DNA of 64,000 bases from Minutocellus sp. GHC0000111 (taxonomy: Eukaryota): assembly GCA_977018835.1 (NCBI GenBank), contig OZ361258.1, positions 2,914,001-2,978,000 on the forward strand. The letters are read 5' to 3'. Numbering within the stretch: the first letter of the stretch is position 1; the number at the start of each line of letters is the position of its first letter. A program made the position numbers and the translations under genes. Below, piece after piece: positions 24,040-37,336 of this stretch. The notes under the pieces were generated by a model. That model saw only the letters and a program-made list of their open reading frames with translations. It ran no database searches and was not told the origin of the DNA.

Positions 24040-24415
24040 TCTCATATAATTTTTAACGAAGCAAATCAAACCTCTAGCTAGCTAGATAGCTACGTAGCTA
24101 GCTAGGGAATCCGCTAAATTCAATGACCGGCCTCTTCGGATGCGACTGGGCCACTGGGCCACTTTCGATCCTCCGAAACAGGCGGGGAGAGATAAGACCA
24201 TTGATGATATCGAGGGTCTGTCTAGCACTGAGATCCCCTCGTGGGACAATTGATAGCCTATTTGATATCTAATACTAGTAAGGAAAACATACCGGTTTTT
24301 AGTTCTTACTGCTATATTCAATGACTAATAATAATATAACTAGAAATTCCTATAGAATAGATCAAGCAGATTGCGACTTCGTCAAGCAGATGCAGCAGCA
24401 AAGAGGGGAGAAATT

Positions 24416-26529
24416 TCAAAGCATCTTTCGCAATTCGTCGTTCTTCCGATCTAACTCCTCACGCTCCTTTTTCTCTCGCTGCCTCAGCTGCAGTGTTCGT
24501 TTGTTGGTTATCTTCTCCCAGTAATCCGGGCCATAATAAATTAGGATCTCCTCTCCCTCCTTTATTTCGGCAGTAGTGATGATAAATGTGTGCGGCCATC
24601 CATTCGCAATAACCTTCATCCATTCGACGTTATTATCTCTATGATCTGTGTCCTCCTCGCCCACTAAACTCGAGCGGGAATCATTTATAATAGATGCCTC
24701 GTTCAATATAATTTCACAATCCAAAATAAAGCCGTTCCTATACTGCTCCGCGGTAGTATTGGTACAACGACACTGCTTCGCTTTACAACTACACCGCTTT
24801 TCGTTACCAACATGATCGTCACATCGCTGGAGCTTGACTGCATACTCAGGGATGGGATCATACCCACCTTCATCCTCTCGTCGGACCTCACCGGCATACT
24901 CACAGATAATTGTGTGGCGAGGAATTTTGCGCGTCGCAAAAAGTCCAAAGTGGACAGTTGGAAAAATCGACGCTCGGTGACAAGGATCTTTTGGGTCACG
25001 GATCATCATTGGACTCACAGACGTGATAGCTTGTGCATCGTCATGATAAGGATAGGTAGGATGCTGGAGTCTCTTACGAACTTCATGAAAAATGGCACCT
25101 TGCTCTGACCTGCTCAGTACATTCTCCCAATATTCCTTTTGCTCAAATTGGAGAGTAATTGCACCTGAGATGCGTGATGGTTGCATTTTTCTCTGCAACT
25201 CTCTAGATTTCGAACTCAATGTCTGCCCATTCAAGAGGATGGCTTCTCTATTGCTACCTCCTCTGAGTTGTCTCACATCTTCCATGGTACAAAAGCGTGG
25301 TTTGCCAATATTCTCCAGCTCTTTGATGCACATACCGAGTACTTTGCTCCAAGTTTCCTTCTTCTTTTGCACTCCAAGGTAGGCGCCAGTACCATAAATC
25401 CCGGCATCCTCGAATTCTTTTTCCGAGCGCCCTGCTTTGAGCATTTCTAGTGTCTTCGTAGCAAGCTCCAAAGGACTGTAAACACTTCCTGCACCGACTT
25501 CATCCGCATGAGTGCAAACATTTGCTACTGTCCAGTATATTTTATACTTGATTTTAGCCAAAAGCATCAATTCGTGATAGCATCCGCACTTGGCGGCAAG
25601 GGCAAAAACATTCTCACCCGCATTGTTTTTCCTAAGAAATGGACGATAGTCTCCGGCTTTCTCCACTTTCATCACGAGATATTCGAAGAGTTGGAAGGAA
25701 GGCGAAGAAACATGCATATCGAAAATTTTTGGCGCATCGTACGGTAGGTCAGTGTACCGAACCAACGAGGCAAGGATGTTATCGCCCCGGTCATCTGTAA
25801 GATTGTTCAGCACTTGATTGATATCCATCTTATCAGAGCGTAAAACCGTTTCAGCGCAGTCAAAATTCGAGTGCGACAACGCACAATGCAACGCGGACTC
25901 TCCACTCGAATCCTTGATGGCCAGATGATCAAAGGAGAACGTAACCTGTTCCAATAAAGCCGAAATACGGGCCCGTGCAAATTGCTTGTAAGGCACATCG
26001 CCTTGAATCATACACAAATGAAGAAGTGTCTGGTTCGAAGGTTCCAATTTGGCTCGAGGGTTTGCCCCGGCTTCCAGCAGCATGCGCAATGTTTCACTTG
26101 CATCCTCTTTCTCGTTCTTCTCGCTCAGCAAGTCGAAAATAAAAGGCTTCGCGTCGGGGAGATTTTTGTAAAACTCCTCGTCAGTGTCGTAACGGTCATG
26201 TGCTCATTTGATTATTGGGCACATCATTGTTGTTTCTCCGTTCTTCATCTTCAATGTCACTACCCCATCGGCTTTGTGACCACCTTTCAAAAGCTGTCCG
26301 ATTGCCTCCCGACCTTTTCGATTGGTTCATACTCGAGGGCGTCGAAAAGTTTCTTGGTGAGAGCCGTCATCTCATTTCTCCTCTGTCGTTCCAGCGTGCT
26401 AATATCGGCCATAGATCTACCAGTCATAGCAGCTACGGCTTGGCGCTTGGCGGGCCTTCCCTTCGATCCCTCTGACCGGCCGCTCTTGTTGCTCATTATT
26501 GACCTACTCTCTTCCGGCAAAACTTCCAT
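24416..26529 (-). CDS. Ankyrin-repeat SET-domain methyltransferase, 5' part disrupted
   Basis: TLLHLC, GESALHCA; FGLFATRKIP..CEYAGEV, NEASIIND, IKEGEEILIYYGPDYW. Frameshift near 26308-26311 and in-frame TGA at 26204-26206. Confidence 0.8.
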
Positions 26530-27028
26530 TTTGTGTCGTCCATATTCATCATCGTGGAACAAAAATCCCAGTACGCGTGGCACGAGCAAACCCACTCCGT
26601 TCCAGAAAGCCCAATGAGAGGAGCGTGGAATCTCCACGTTCCCATACTCATGGGAAAATTACTCGTACGTTCCACCGTTTCATACCTTGAGACTGTGACT
26701 GATGATGATGAGACGCCGAGAGATACTACGTAGCTAGCTACGTAGTACGTACCATTGGTACGTAGCTAGTTTTCGCATGGCGGGAGGGCTTTCTGATACG
26801 TAATAACATCATCACCAAAAGCGGCGTGGCCGGCTCGCTCAACCGTGCTCAACCCACCGTTTTTTTTCAGTCCGTTGCCGTCACCGAAAACACATGCTTT
26901 CGCCGTGCATTTCCTCGAGGTCGAGCTAACGCTCAATCCACCGTTTTATCTCTCCATCGGACCTGGCTCTGAGAGACAATCAACGACAAATTCAAACCAA
27001 CCCCAGAGTTGAGAGAGGGATAGATACA

Positions 27029-28593
27029 ATGTCTGAAGGTAGGTGCCATTGCTGCAGTTGTATCGTCCCATCGGCGGTATCGTTTGCCATCACGCTCATT
27101 TCATTTCATGACACATATCCATAATAATTATCTCAACGGTTCTTCGCATCTTCATGCTCATGATGTGCTCGCTTTCCGATTCCAAATCTTACCACACAGC
27201 CGACGATTACGCTGCCGAGGCTGCAGCCGCGGCCGTCGAAGCCATCGAGGCTGGGGCGGAGGAGGCTCCAGATGCTGCTGGACCCGCAGCGGCGGGTGCC
27301 AAGCGCAAGGCGTCGAGGCCGAAGCGTCTCTGCCGCTTCCCCGGCTGTGGCAAGGTTGTCAAGTCGCAGGGCGCCTGCCAGAAACACGGGGCCAAGCCCA
27401 AGAAGTGCAAGGTGCAACAGGCAGTCCCAGGGAAATTTCGATGGCATGTGCAAGAGGCACTTCAATCAGCTGAACAATCCAAAACCTCCTCCTCCAGAAG
27501 AGCCGCCTATCCAGCGCGCGGGTACGTCGGTGTACGAGGACATCATCCCTGCCTCCGTCGCTTGGAAGATTCCCAAGAAGCGCGGTGGAGCTGCTGCTAG
27601 TAGCGGCGAGCAGCAACAGCTCCCGCACCATCAGCAGCAGATGGTCGCCGTCGGCGGCGGCGCAATGCTCGACCATCATGGCTTCGCCGCCCCTCCCTCA
27701 GCTCATGGGGCCCGGGGCAGCGGCAGCAGCAGCAGCCGCCGCCGCCCCCACCACTGCCGCGGAGAGCCCCGAGGAGGCCATGCCCATTATCGCTCATCTC
27801 CGCAAGTATGCCCACCTCGAGGCCGGCTGGCATCGCAAGCAGGAACGCGCGGCTCGTGGTGTGCCTCCACCTGCCTCGACCTCAACCCAGCTCGACACTT
27901 GGGAGAGACAGCGTGAGTAGGAATTTCAACTATACTGTATACTGTCTGTGGTCATCAAACATCGTATAGAGTGCACCTTGCACGCTGCAATGCTTACGAT
28001 TTATGTGCCATATCTGATCTGTGCTTAGAGCTTATGTTACTCACCAAACGAGCTTTGTATTCGCCTTCGTCCTTTCTTCTACCGCAGTCGTAATGTTTGA
28101 GCTACTTCTTCTAGCTGGACAGCCACGGGCAAACCACAAGGACCTCGCCCATGCATGGGGCAGAGAAAAGGGATTTCACTCGGTCCTGTGTTCGCAGATT
28201 TGCGAGAGAGGCGGAGAGATTGGGCGCAAAAGACGCAACGATGTCGGAAGGAAGATGTCCGAGGAACAGAGGAAAACGTTCAAAAAGAAGGTGCAAAACT
28301 CGAGGGCTGCCAAGAAGGCCAAGACGATGGCGACGGCTGCTGCGATGGCGGACCAGCACGCTCTCGCCGCGCACGAGGCCGCTACGGCGGCTGCCGCCGC
28401 TGTTGGCGGTGTGGGCGATGTCACTGGTGTTCACGGTGCGCAGGAGCTACCGGTAGATGGAGAAGGTATGATGGAGATGGAGCATGCAACTGCCGAGCTT
28501 GGTGACCACCAGTACCATCACGAAATTGATGGCATGATGATGGGCCAGGGGGAGGAAACCCACCACGAAATCGACGAAGCCGCGCAGGTTTAA
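27029..28593 (+). pseudogene. Protein with CxxxxC..CxxH zinc-finger-like repeats, 3 exons (27029-27038, 27200-27912, 28088-28593), two frameshifts
   Basis: CRFPGCGKVVKSQGACQKHG, then KKCK joined out of frame to CNRQSQGNFDGMCKRHF at about 27411. A second shift lies at about 27695. Canonical GT/AG sites. Confidence 0.72.
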
Positions 28594-28847
28594 GAACCTC
28601 TCAATACAGATCGATACGGAGACTTTCCATTTCATTTTTTCTGGTGATACGATCGTATCATAGAAATCTACGTTGCCCACATTCAATTGTACTTAGATCT
28701 ACTTGAAGAAGCGAAGAAAAGGGATAATTTTAATACAATCACGGATCGTTTTGACTTCTAAACAATACTTTGATTAAATCATATTACACGAGAGAGCACC
28801 CGTTCGTCTCGAACAATTAATTACTTCGAAAAAGCATACTTGCTACA

Positions 28848-31802
28848 TTAGTTATCCACCTTCTGCCGCTTTGCTGAAGGTTCCCCGTTCTGTCCATCGG
28901 CATCACCTGGTGCTGTTAGTTGCAAATGTTCTTGCTGGGGCAAGAAAGTGAAGGAAATGTACCCGTCAGCCGAACGATATTGAATTCGATAGGATGCGGA
29001 ATTGGTCACCCTGTCAAGGCTCTGGGAACGAACATACAGAAGATCTTTCGCTTCCTTGGAACGAGTTAAGTTGTATAGACGAGGGAAAAAGTCTTCCTTG
29101 GCGGTCTTCATCAAGGCATCGGCAATTCTATGGATGAGGCGAGGAATAGTAGAGAGCTCAGTAACCCTCTCCTTGGACATCTTGCGGCAGTACATTTCGT
29201 ACGATGGATAATCAAGTCCTTCCGACAAGTAGTCCTTCAGAAGGTCCAAAAGGCCACCGTATCCTTTGTACGTTGGCTTTTGCTTAGCGTCTTCCTCATC
29301 TTGCTCTTCCTTTGATTTCTCCTTGGCGGGGCTAGGGTGATTGGCCTCAGCGAGCGATGACGCCTCCGCTGCGATGCTTTCAGATGAAGGCTTTGCAGGG
29401 GACGCAGCACCACCATTGGCGCCCTCCGTACCACTTGCCGCTGCATCGCCTGGCACCTTTTCATCCGTCTCCATTGCCGATTCATCAGTAGGATTGCTAG
29501 CGGAAGTGCCGAGATACTCTTGGGCTCTGGCCAAGACACCAATGAGTTGCGAGTAAAGGCGCAAACAGAGATAAATTTTCTCAGTACCGAAGACGAGGTT
29601 GAAAGAAGGATCGAGACCAGCAATGCCTTCCCCATCGGTCTTTCCATTTTCAGAAGCATTCGCCGAGGAATTTCCAGTCTCCTTCGCAACAATCTCCGAA
29701 GGAACACCAAACCAGGAAGCTGCTAGATCCGCCATGATACGAGCAGCCTTTTCACGATCGGCACTGCCTCCCTTGGCGCCAGAAAGGGCGGGTATGATGA
29801 ACTGGTAGGCATCCTTGTGGGGCATTTCATTCGTCATACCAAGTTGCAAATGGGGCTGATAAAGAATAGCTGAAGAGTCAGCGCAGCTTGATGCGAAGGT
29901 AGGCAAGAAGGGCTTGACCGCCGAGTGATCTTCCTGCTCACTGGGATTTTCGATAAAGTAACCAGCTCTTTCACACTGATCCAAAAGATTGTCGCTAACG
30001 AGACTTCTTTCGATCTCCTTTCTATCAAAGTAACACTGGACGTCTTGGCAGCCTTCGTGATAATTCTCGCAGGCTTCCCTCCAATCCTTGGCGAGATCTT
30101 GGCGGGCCTTCCTCCACTCCATGTCCTTCTCGTTGAGGCGACGCCATACAATGGGCAGAACGCAGAGAGGGTTCTTGCCAAGATGGTGGAGCACCTCATC
30201 GCCCCGTTCGCCGTACAACCGTGCAATTGCCCCAATGTGATTGGTACTCAGGCTACGACTGCGGAGCTTGTATCGGAGACGACCAATCGGTTGACCGTCC
30301 TTCTCTTCATTCTCTCGCAGCATCGCGGCCTCTTCAGCCAACGGTTCGACCTGACGCTTGGCGGCGCTGTTCCGCTCGATGGCCATGTCAACCTCGAAAT
30401 GGTCGTCCTCGACCTTGGCCATGGCCTCCTCATAGAAATTCTTGCGACTTTTGATGCCATCATATTGCTCGGGTGACTCCCAGAGTTTCTTCTTCTTCTT
30501 GGACGAGTTGTTGCTGGCGGCTGCGACGCAGGCAACCGTGTCGTTCAATACGAGCGCATCCTCAGGAGTTTGGCCCGAATGCGAGAAGAAGCTCTCCTTG
30601 GGAAAATCGGAGGGGAGAGTCCGATACGAAGGGGTCAGCTGATCCGTTTCGGCGTAGTCATAGTCGCGGGAGGGAACCGCACCATACTTGGACTCATCCT
30701 TCTTCCGGCGCTCCTGCTCGGCGAAGGGTCCTCTGCCAACGAGAAGCTGCAAGTTCGAAAGAATAGAACAAATGAAGGTATATCTGGTGAGAAACACGGG
30801 CACAGACGATGGAATCAGAGGAAAATATCTTGGCATCGATCATGCAAAACTTACCTGCTCCAGCTCCTTGACAAGCTGATTGGCGGCGGCGGCGACGTCG
30901 GCAGCACCGCCTCCTGCGTTCGCGCCGCTTTTGGGGGCATGGCCCTGCATGAACAAGCCCTTGAGAAGGAGGACCAGCTCGTCGCGGTTGAGAATACCAG
31001 CGCCGAAGAGGTGGAGGCATTTGAGGAACTCGGTATGGGGCGTGTGGCGGCGGGACAGGGGGGACTTGTCCGGCAGGAGTTCCTTCCGCGTGAGGTGGGC
31101 CCGAGCCCGCTGGAAGAAGGCCGCCTCGGTGGTGGTGGCCTGGACGGGGAGCTCGGGCACCATGCGGGGCCGGCCGTACTTGGCCACGAGCTGGGCGGCG
31201 TTGAGCTCGTGGCGGCGAGGAGGACGGACGGGATCGAACGACACGATGCCGTAGATGGCCGTGCGGCAGATCTCCCGCTCCTTCTCGTCGGATCGGGCCT
31301 GGGTGGCCCCGAAGGGGACGGGATCGCGGCCGGGCCCGTGCAGAGGGGGGCCGTAGGACGTGCCGGCGCTGCGGTGCCCCCCGCTGACCGGTCGCTGCCG
31401 GCCGGCCATGCCGTGGATGGCCTGCTTGGACGCGTTGGCCCGCTTCCGCGCCTCGGCGACCATGGCCACCTGCTCGAGCTGGGCCTTGGCCTGCGCCTGG
31501 ACGGCATCGGGGAGGAAGTAGGTGAAGTCCTTGAGCAGGTCGGGATGGTCGGCGAACAGGGTCGACACCTCGTCGAGGACGTCCTTGATGCCCCGCTGCT
31601 CCTTCTGGTACGTGTGCAGGATCTCCAAAAACTTCTTGTACGTTTCGGGTTCGGAGGCAAATCGCTTCTTGATGGTGGTAACGTAGTTGATGGCATGATC
31701 GAACTCGACGGGCTGCTGCGCTCCTCCTCCACCTCCACCGCCGCCCTGCTGCTGTTGCTGCTGCGGTGGCGATCCGGCGGGGGGAGCCCCGCCCACCGGA
31801 GG
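28848..31802 (-). CDS. SIN3: Sin3 corepressor, 5'-truncated (no PAH1), intron 30747-30854
   Basis: PAH2 motif [27 protein letters not shown]3 [12 protein letters not shown]-region [26 protein letters not shown]. The 5' end abuts the duplication junction. Confidence 0.92.
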
Positions 31803-32631
31803 CTACCAGGCAAATCCCGATACTGGCATCCTCGATGATTGCAGTGTCAAAACCTGCAAAAAGCAATTTGATTTTGCCGATTTTACCATTTGCAGTGAGT
31901 ACGATCGCACGAATGTGAGAATGATTGGGTAGCATGAACTGCATTCGCCGTCTTTCTTGTCTCACAAACTCAATCGTTTCTGCTCCTACAATTGCATCGT
32001 GTGCTGAACTGAAGCAACTTGCTATTATTCTATTGAACCCAATACTTGCTGCTCTGACTGCCTCAAGTCAGAAAATGCTATGAAAAAATGCACCATGTGC
32101 AATGGAGCAATGTGCGCCCGCTGCGAACGCTTTGATCACTATCTTGAAGAGGACGGCGAAGGGCAGCTTATTGTAGCGAAATGCGAATCCTGCAAGGTGG
32201 TGGCTTGCGGCCTTTGCAGGGAGCAATCCAAATGCGAAGATTTCCTTTGCAACAACCATTCCCGTTGGTTCTGCTCTGATTGCTCAGGGGTAAAAGCGTG
32301 CTCAAATTGCCAGAAGACACGTTGCGAAGAGTATTGCCTCACTTCCTGCGGATCCTGCGGTGATGTCTTCTGCAGTGGAAGCGAGTACTATGATCGCTAC
32401 TGTCTCCGTGAGCTCAAGAGCTGTGTCCACTGCTTCCGCTCGTTCTGCCGTAAGGATGCGTGCACCAACGTGAGAAAGTGCAGTGTAAATGGCTGCGTCA
32501 TGTCCGTCTGCGATCTTTGCGTCGCGGACGGCAAGGCCAAGAAGATGGCCAAGTGCAAGCACTGTGGCGATCGTGTGTGTGAAAGCTCTGGCTGCCGTAA
32601 GGCTCATCGCAGACGCTGCCGTGGCCGATGA
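31803..32631 (+). CDS. Duplicate 3' part of the Cys-rich gene
   Basis: Identical translation to 502-1053. Confidence 0.55.
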
Positions 32632-32892
32632 GGACAGAGCAACTATTAGTGAATTTTGGTGTGCCATTGCATTTAGAATACTCGAGAGAAGTGATTATCC
32701 ATAGGAGGGGTTGGGATATTGAAGAGATTAGAAGGGAGAAGAAGCACGGTGAACGGCCAGGATATGCGAAGGATGGCTGCATTCTTTTGTAGCTCAAGAA
32801 AGAATAAATTGATATTAGAGTACATACTGTTATGCATCATCTATCATCACCTATGTATGTGAGCTTAAGTAGTTGCGTCTATCGCATCCAAA

Positions 32893-35555
32893 TTACTCCA
32901 TCTGCTTCTGTCGAATTTTGTTGAGCAATCGGTGCTTCGTCTGCATCAAATCCCCGTATCGCTTCTGAGCTGCCGCCTCGTTCTTCTCCAGAACTGCAAT
33001 CTCCTTCTCCAACTTCTCCGCTCGGCTGGCGATGCCTCTGCGTTCGTGCGACATGAGGAGCCTGTACACGGATTCCTCAATCTTGGCGTGCTGTGTCTCG
33101 GCAAAGGTTTGAGCAGCAGCCTCCTGAAGAGCGGCGGCGCGCTTGATGTAGCCACCGTTTTTGATGGCAATCTTTGACTCGAGTTTGTCGGCCTTCTTCT
33201 TGGTGGCATTGGCAGCCTCTCGCAGAGCCTCGTACTCTAGTTTGAGAGAAGCAAGGTCATCGTCACCGGCGGATGTGGTCTGCCACCCTTGCTGGCCAAA
33301 CTTTTGAGCCAGAGCTTCTTGCTCTGCAACTTCAGCATTCTTCGCAGCCAAAATATCCTTGATGGAGTCTTCGTTCATGCTGACATACGGGTCACTGGAA
33401 GATCTGAGTTCGTTTGTCTTTCAACAAGAGTGGCCTCGGCCTCCCTCTCGAGTAGCGCCTTGGCTTCGTCCAGCTTCTCCTCCGGGATATAGTCAAGCGG
33501 CTGTTCGGGTGGAGGAACAACAGCAGCCTCCTCTGCCGCGGCCTTTCGCTTCTTCTTCTTCTTGGACTTTTTGCCCTCTGCCTCTCCTTGATCAACCACA
33601 ACAGGATGGGAAAATGCATCATGCTGAAGAAGACCAATCATTTCCTTTCGGATCAAGGTCTCGGCCTCATCCATATCGTCGGCAAGAACGACGTCGGTAT
33701 GGATGGCACCGGCGGGTCGGGGGAGGTCGTGCCTCTTGACGACAGTTGACCTGGCCTCGTACAGCTTGATGGCCTCCTGTCGGAGCCGTTCAGCCTCCTC
33801 AGCCTCGAGATCGGCAGCATCACGCTCGGCAGCATATGCCGACTTGGCCCTTGGTCCAACGGCGGCATCATCTTCGTCCTCCGGGATGACATCCGGAGCA
33901 GCGAGCTCGTACTCAAACTGCGGAACGGGAAGAGCAGCAAGGGCCAGTTCGAGCTCCCTTCGGGCCCTCTTGGCCGCTCGACGCTCCTGGCGGGCAATCT
34001 CCTTGATGGACAGGGTACCAGCGGCACTGGTGGCAAACGACGTGCCACCTACCGACGCACCGTCATCCATCACCGACATGCCAGACGCACCAGGATGAAG
34101 CTGGGAGCCGGGACGATTGAGGCCCAGTTGATCACGGGGGGCAAGGCTCATGGGAGTTTGGCTCGCCGCGGCACGATCACCGCCGATCATTGGCGTGGCG
34201 GCATGGGCCGACGCTGCCGCAGCAGCGGCGGCAGCAGCACCTGCCTCACCGGCAAGGAAAACACCGGTACCGGCACCGCCCTCGGCGAGCATGGGGTTCT
34301 CCCCACCCAACAACGGCGTTTGACCTTTCTCCAGCATGCGCAGGTTGGACGCCTCCCTCATGATGATCTCCTGACTGGACATCTTCTGACCACCGCCCCC
34401 AACGGCGGGCGTGCGCATGGGCGTCGGCAGAGGACGGTCGGCATAGTCCCCAAGAAGGGCATCGGTCGCACCACCACCTCCACCAGCGGCGGCCGCCGCC
34501 GATCCAGCGGCAGCATCCCGACTGAGACGAGCGACTCGGCCCAGCTCCTCGTCCGTGACGGCCGGTTCGGGCATCTTGAGCTCTCCGCGTTTTCGGGCCG
34601 CGATGGGATCATTGCGCTTGCTCACCTCGGCCACAACGTACTGCATGTTGGACCTCTCGAGAGAGCGGAGACGAGCCTCCTCCTTCTTTTGCATCTTGGC
34701 CGCCTCGGCATCGCGGGAGCGGTACTGCGCCTCGTTGATCTTCTTGTAGTCCACGTCCCGGAGGCGCTTGGTCCGGATCTGCTCGGCACGGTCGTCCTCG
34801 TCCTCGGTGGCATGAAATCCCGCCGGGGCGGGTTTGTGGAAGGGTATCTCCACGCCGAGATCGATCTCCCTCCGCCGCTTCTTCCCACCCCGCGCCTTGG
34901 TCCGGGCGGCCCCGCTGAGCAGACCGGCCTGCTTCAGTTCGCGCCGCTTCTGCAGGTCGGCCAGCCGCTTGGCCTCGGCCAGCATCTTCTCACGGGCCTT
35001 GCGCTTGGCCTTCTTGCCCTGCGTGTTGGCCAACCGAGCTCGGGCCTCCTGGAGCATCTCGATCTCGTCCTCGTCCATGTCGATGGGATCGGGCCGGGCG
35101 GGCTTGGTTTCGGGATGGGTGTCGATCTCCACCGGACGGAGGCGGCGGGCACCCGACCCTCCAGCAGCGGCAGCGGCAGCCGCGTCAGCATCGTCTCCGA
35201 CCCCGGCCTCTTCACCACCGGCACTGGCCGCCGCGGCCTCGTCCAGAAGCCGCTCGTACCGCTCCTGGCACTGCGCGGCCGTCCGACCGACGAGGGGACC
35301 GATGGTCCGCCACTGGGCGGGCATCAGCTTGGCCAGATGCAGGAGCTTCTCATCCTCGGCGCGGGACCATTCGACCTTGCGCACGGAGGGGTCGAGCCAC
35401 TCGTTCCAGCGGGCCTTGCACTGCTTGGCCGATTTGCGATTGAGGAGGGAGGCGACCCGGGCCCACTGCTGTTTGCCGTATTTCATCACGGCCGCCTTGA
35501 GGATCTCATCCTCGGAGTTCTTCCAGACGCCTCCCTTGATGAAGACGCGGACCAT
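32893..35555 (-). CDS. CDC5L: Duplicate CDC5L with the same frameshift
   Basis: Same translation as 1315-3977 except GGGEAG>GGEEAG. Confidence 0.9.
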
Positions 35556-36131
35556 GGTTGCGGTATTGGTGGTTTGGTTTGTTTACAAGTATGGCTTTGG
35601 GAAAATCAACAACCTAATATCAGAAATGAGTCGGTCAGGTCAGGACGGACACAGTCGTGCTGGTTTCGAGTTGCGTTTCGAGGCCGTCTTCGTGTCGGTC
35701 AAGATGTGTCGCGCGCGTCAGGATGTCGTCGGCCAGAATGGGGGAGAGGATACGGATACAACCACGCAATACCAAACAGGAAGGAACGTATCAGATGCCT
35801 TTCCTCTTTTTCAACGCCGAGTTGCTGCTTTATGGGACGATGGCAACGGTACCCGTCGTCGTCATCGTCGCCGCAGAGCCACGCGTGAAACGCATCGTCC
35901 GTGGTCTGGCCGTCGTGATCGCCCCTCATCGCAAGATTTTTTGTTGATTGGCACTTCTCTGGGTTGCTTGCCCTCCTGCCCAGCAGTGGTCATTGATAAG
36001 TCATCTCCACCGCAAGGCGAAACATTACAACTGCCCCTGACAATCTGAACTACATTTAGGAGTATCTTTTACATTTTCTTTTTGCTTTGGGTGCCGACCC
36101 TCTGAGAATCTGACGATCCAACCAGAACCGC

Positions 36132-37136
36132 ATGCGCACCATGAGAGGCCCAAAACAACCCATCACTGCAATCACGGCAACGACTGCTTTGCTAGTATCG
36201 ATATTGTCATCGGCCATACCTTACGCTGGCGCCTTCTCTGTTCCAAATGTTCCATCAGCACGTGCATCCCAAACGTCACTCCAGTCCAGTCTCTCCAGCG
36301 ATCCCCTCGGACCGGTACCAGCAACGCCAGCTCGCCAACAGAAAAAGAAGCTCAAGACCTACCAGCGCTACCTCGAGATTGCCTGCTGGAAGAACGACGA
36401 CATTCGCGATCTGCAGCCGGTCCTGCAGGCCGTCGGAGATGCCTGCAAGCAGATCAATCGCATCGTCCAGCGCGCCCAGACCGACGATCTGTACGGTGCC
36501 GCCGTCGGTGCCGATGGACAACAGCTAGACGAAAACGTGCAGGGCGAGGTCCAGCAGAAGCTCGACGTGGTGTGCAACAACATTATGCTCAAGAGCTTCT
36601 GTGGTTGCAGTTCCAGCATTGCCGCCGTTGCCAGTGAGGAGGAGGATCTGCCCCGCACATGCTGCGATGTCATGGTGAGCATGAGATAGACCCAATGTTG
36701 CATTGCCTTGTTGAATTGCATTCATGATTTTATGTATGTTGGTATCACTCACTCACCAACGATATCACTCCACTTTTCGCACCACTGGTCTATTTTGGCG
36801 TATCTTGGTATGCTAGAACGACTCTGCCTTTGCAGTTGGCGATTATGTGGCGGTATTCGATCCCATTGATGGAAGTAAGAATATTGATTCGTCTCTTCCT
36901 GTTGGCACAGTGTTTGGCATTTACAAGGCGGCACCTGGAACGGAAGCTGGAGAAGCCTCCTTTATGCAGACTGGTGATTCAGGTCTTGTTGCTGCTGGAT
37001 ATTGTCTCTACTCGGCAACTACCGTGCTTGTTGTCACGATGGGTTCTGGTGTCGATGGCTTCACTCTTGATCCCGATAAGGGCGTGTTCCTCCACACGCA
37101 CGAAGATATTCGCATTCCCAAGACGGGTCCTATCTA
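36132..37136 (+). CDS. Duplicate plastid FBPase-family gene, cut by the assembly gap
   Basis: Identical to 4554-5558. Confidence 0.85.
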
Positions 37137-37336
37137 NNNNNNNNNNNNNNNNNNNNNNNNNNNNNNNNNNNNNNNNNNNNNNNNNNNNNNNNNNNNNNNN
37201 NNNNNNNNNNNNNNNNNNNNNNNNNNNNNNNNNNNNNNNNNNNNNNNNNNNNNNNNNNNNNNNNNNNNNNNNNNNNNNNNNNNNNNNNNNNNNNNNNNNN
37301 NNNNNNNNNNNNNNNNNNNNNNNNNNNNNNNNNNNN
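37137..37336. other. Assembly gap (200 N)
   Basis: Run of N. Confidence 1.

Larger units (their letters stand above)
31803..37136 (+). repeat. Copy 2 of the 5334-bp duplication
   Basis: Near-identical to 225-5558; ends at the N gap. Confidence 0.97.

Noticed and set aside
24102..24353. Possible MITE between the HDAC and SET genes
   Set aside because: The terminal match is only about 6-8 bp and no convincing TSD is present.
6707..26206. TGA recoding (selenocysteine or variant code) to explain the in-frame TGAs
   Set aside because: The same genes also have frameshifts, a TAA occurs in FBPase, and TGA terminates intact genes such as nagA and the HDAC.
30570..31965. Alternative-frame ORFs over Sin3
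   Set aside because: Shadows of a GC-rich exon; one spans the duplication junction.
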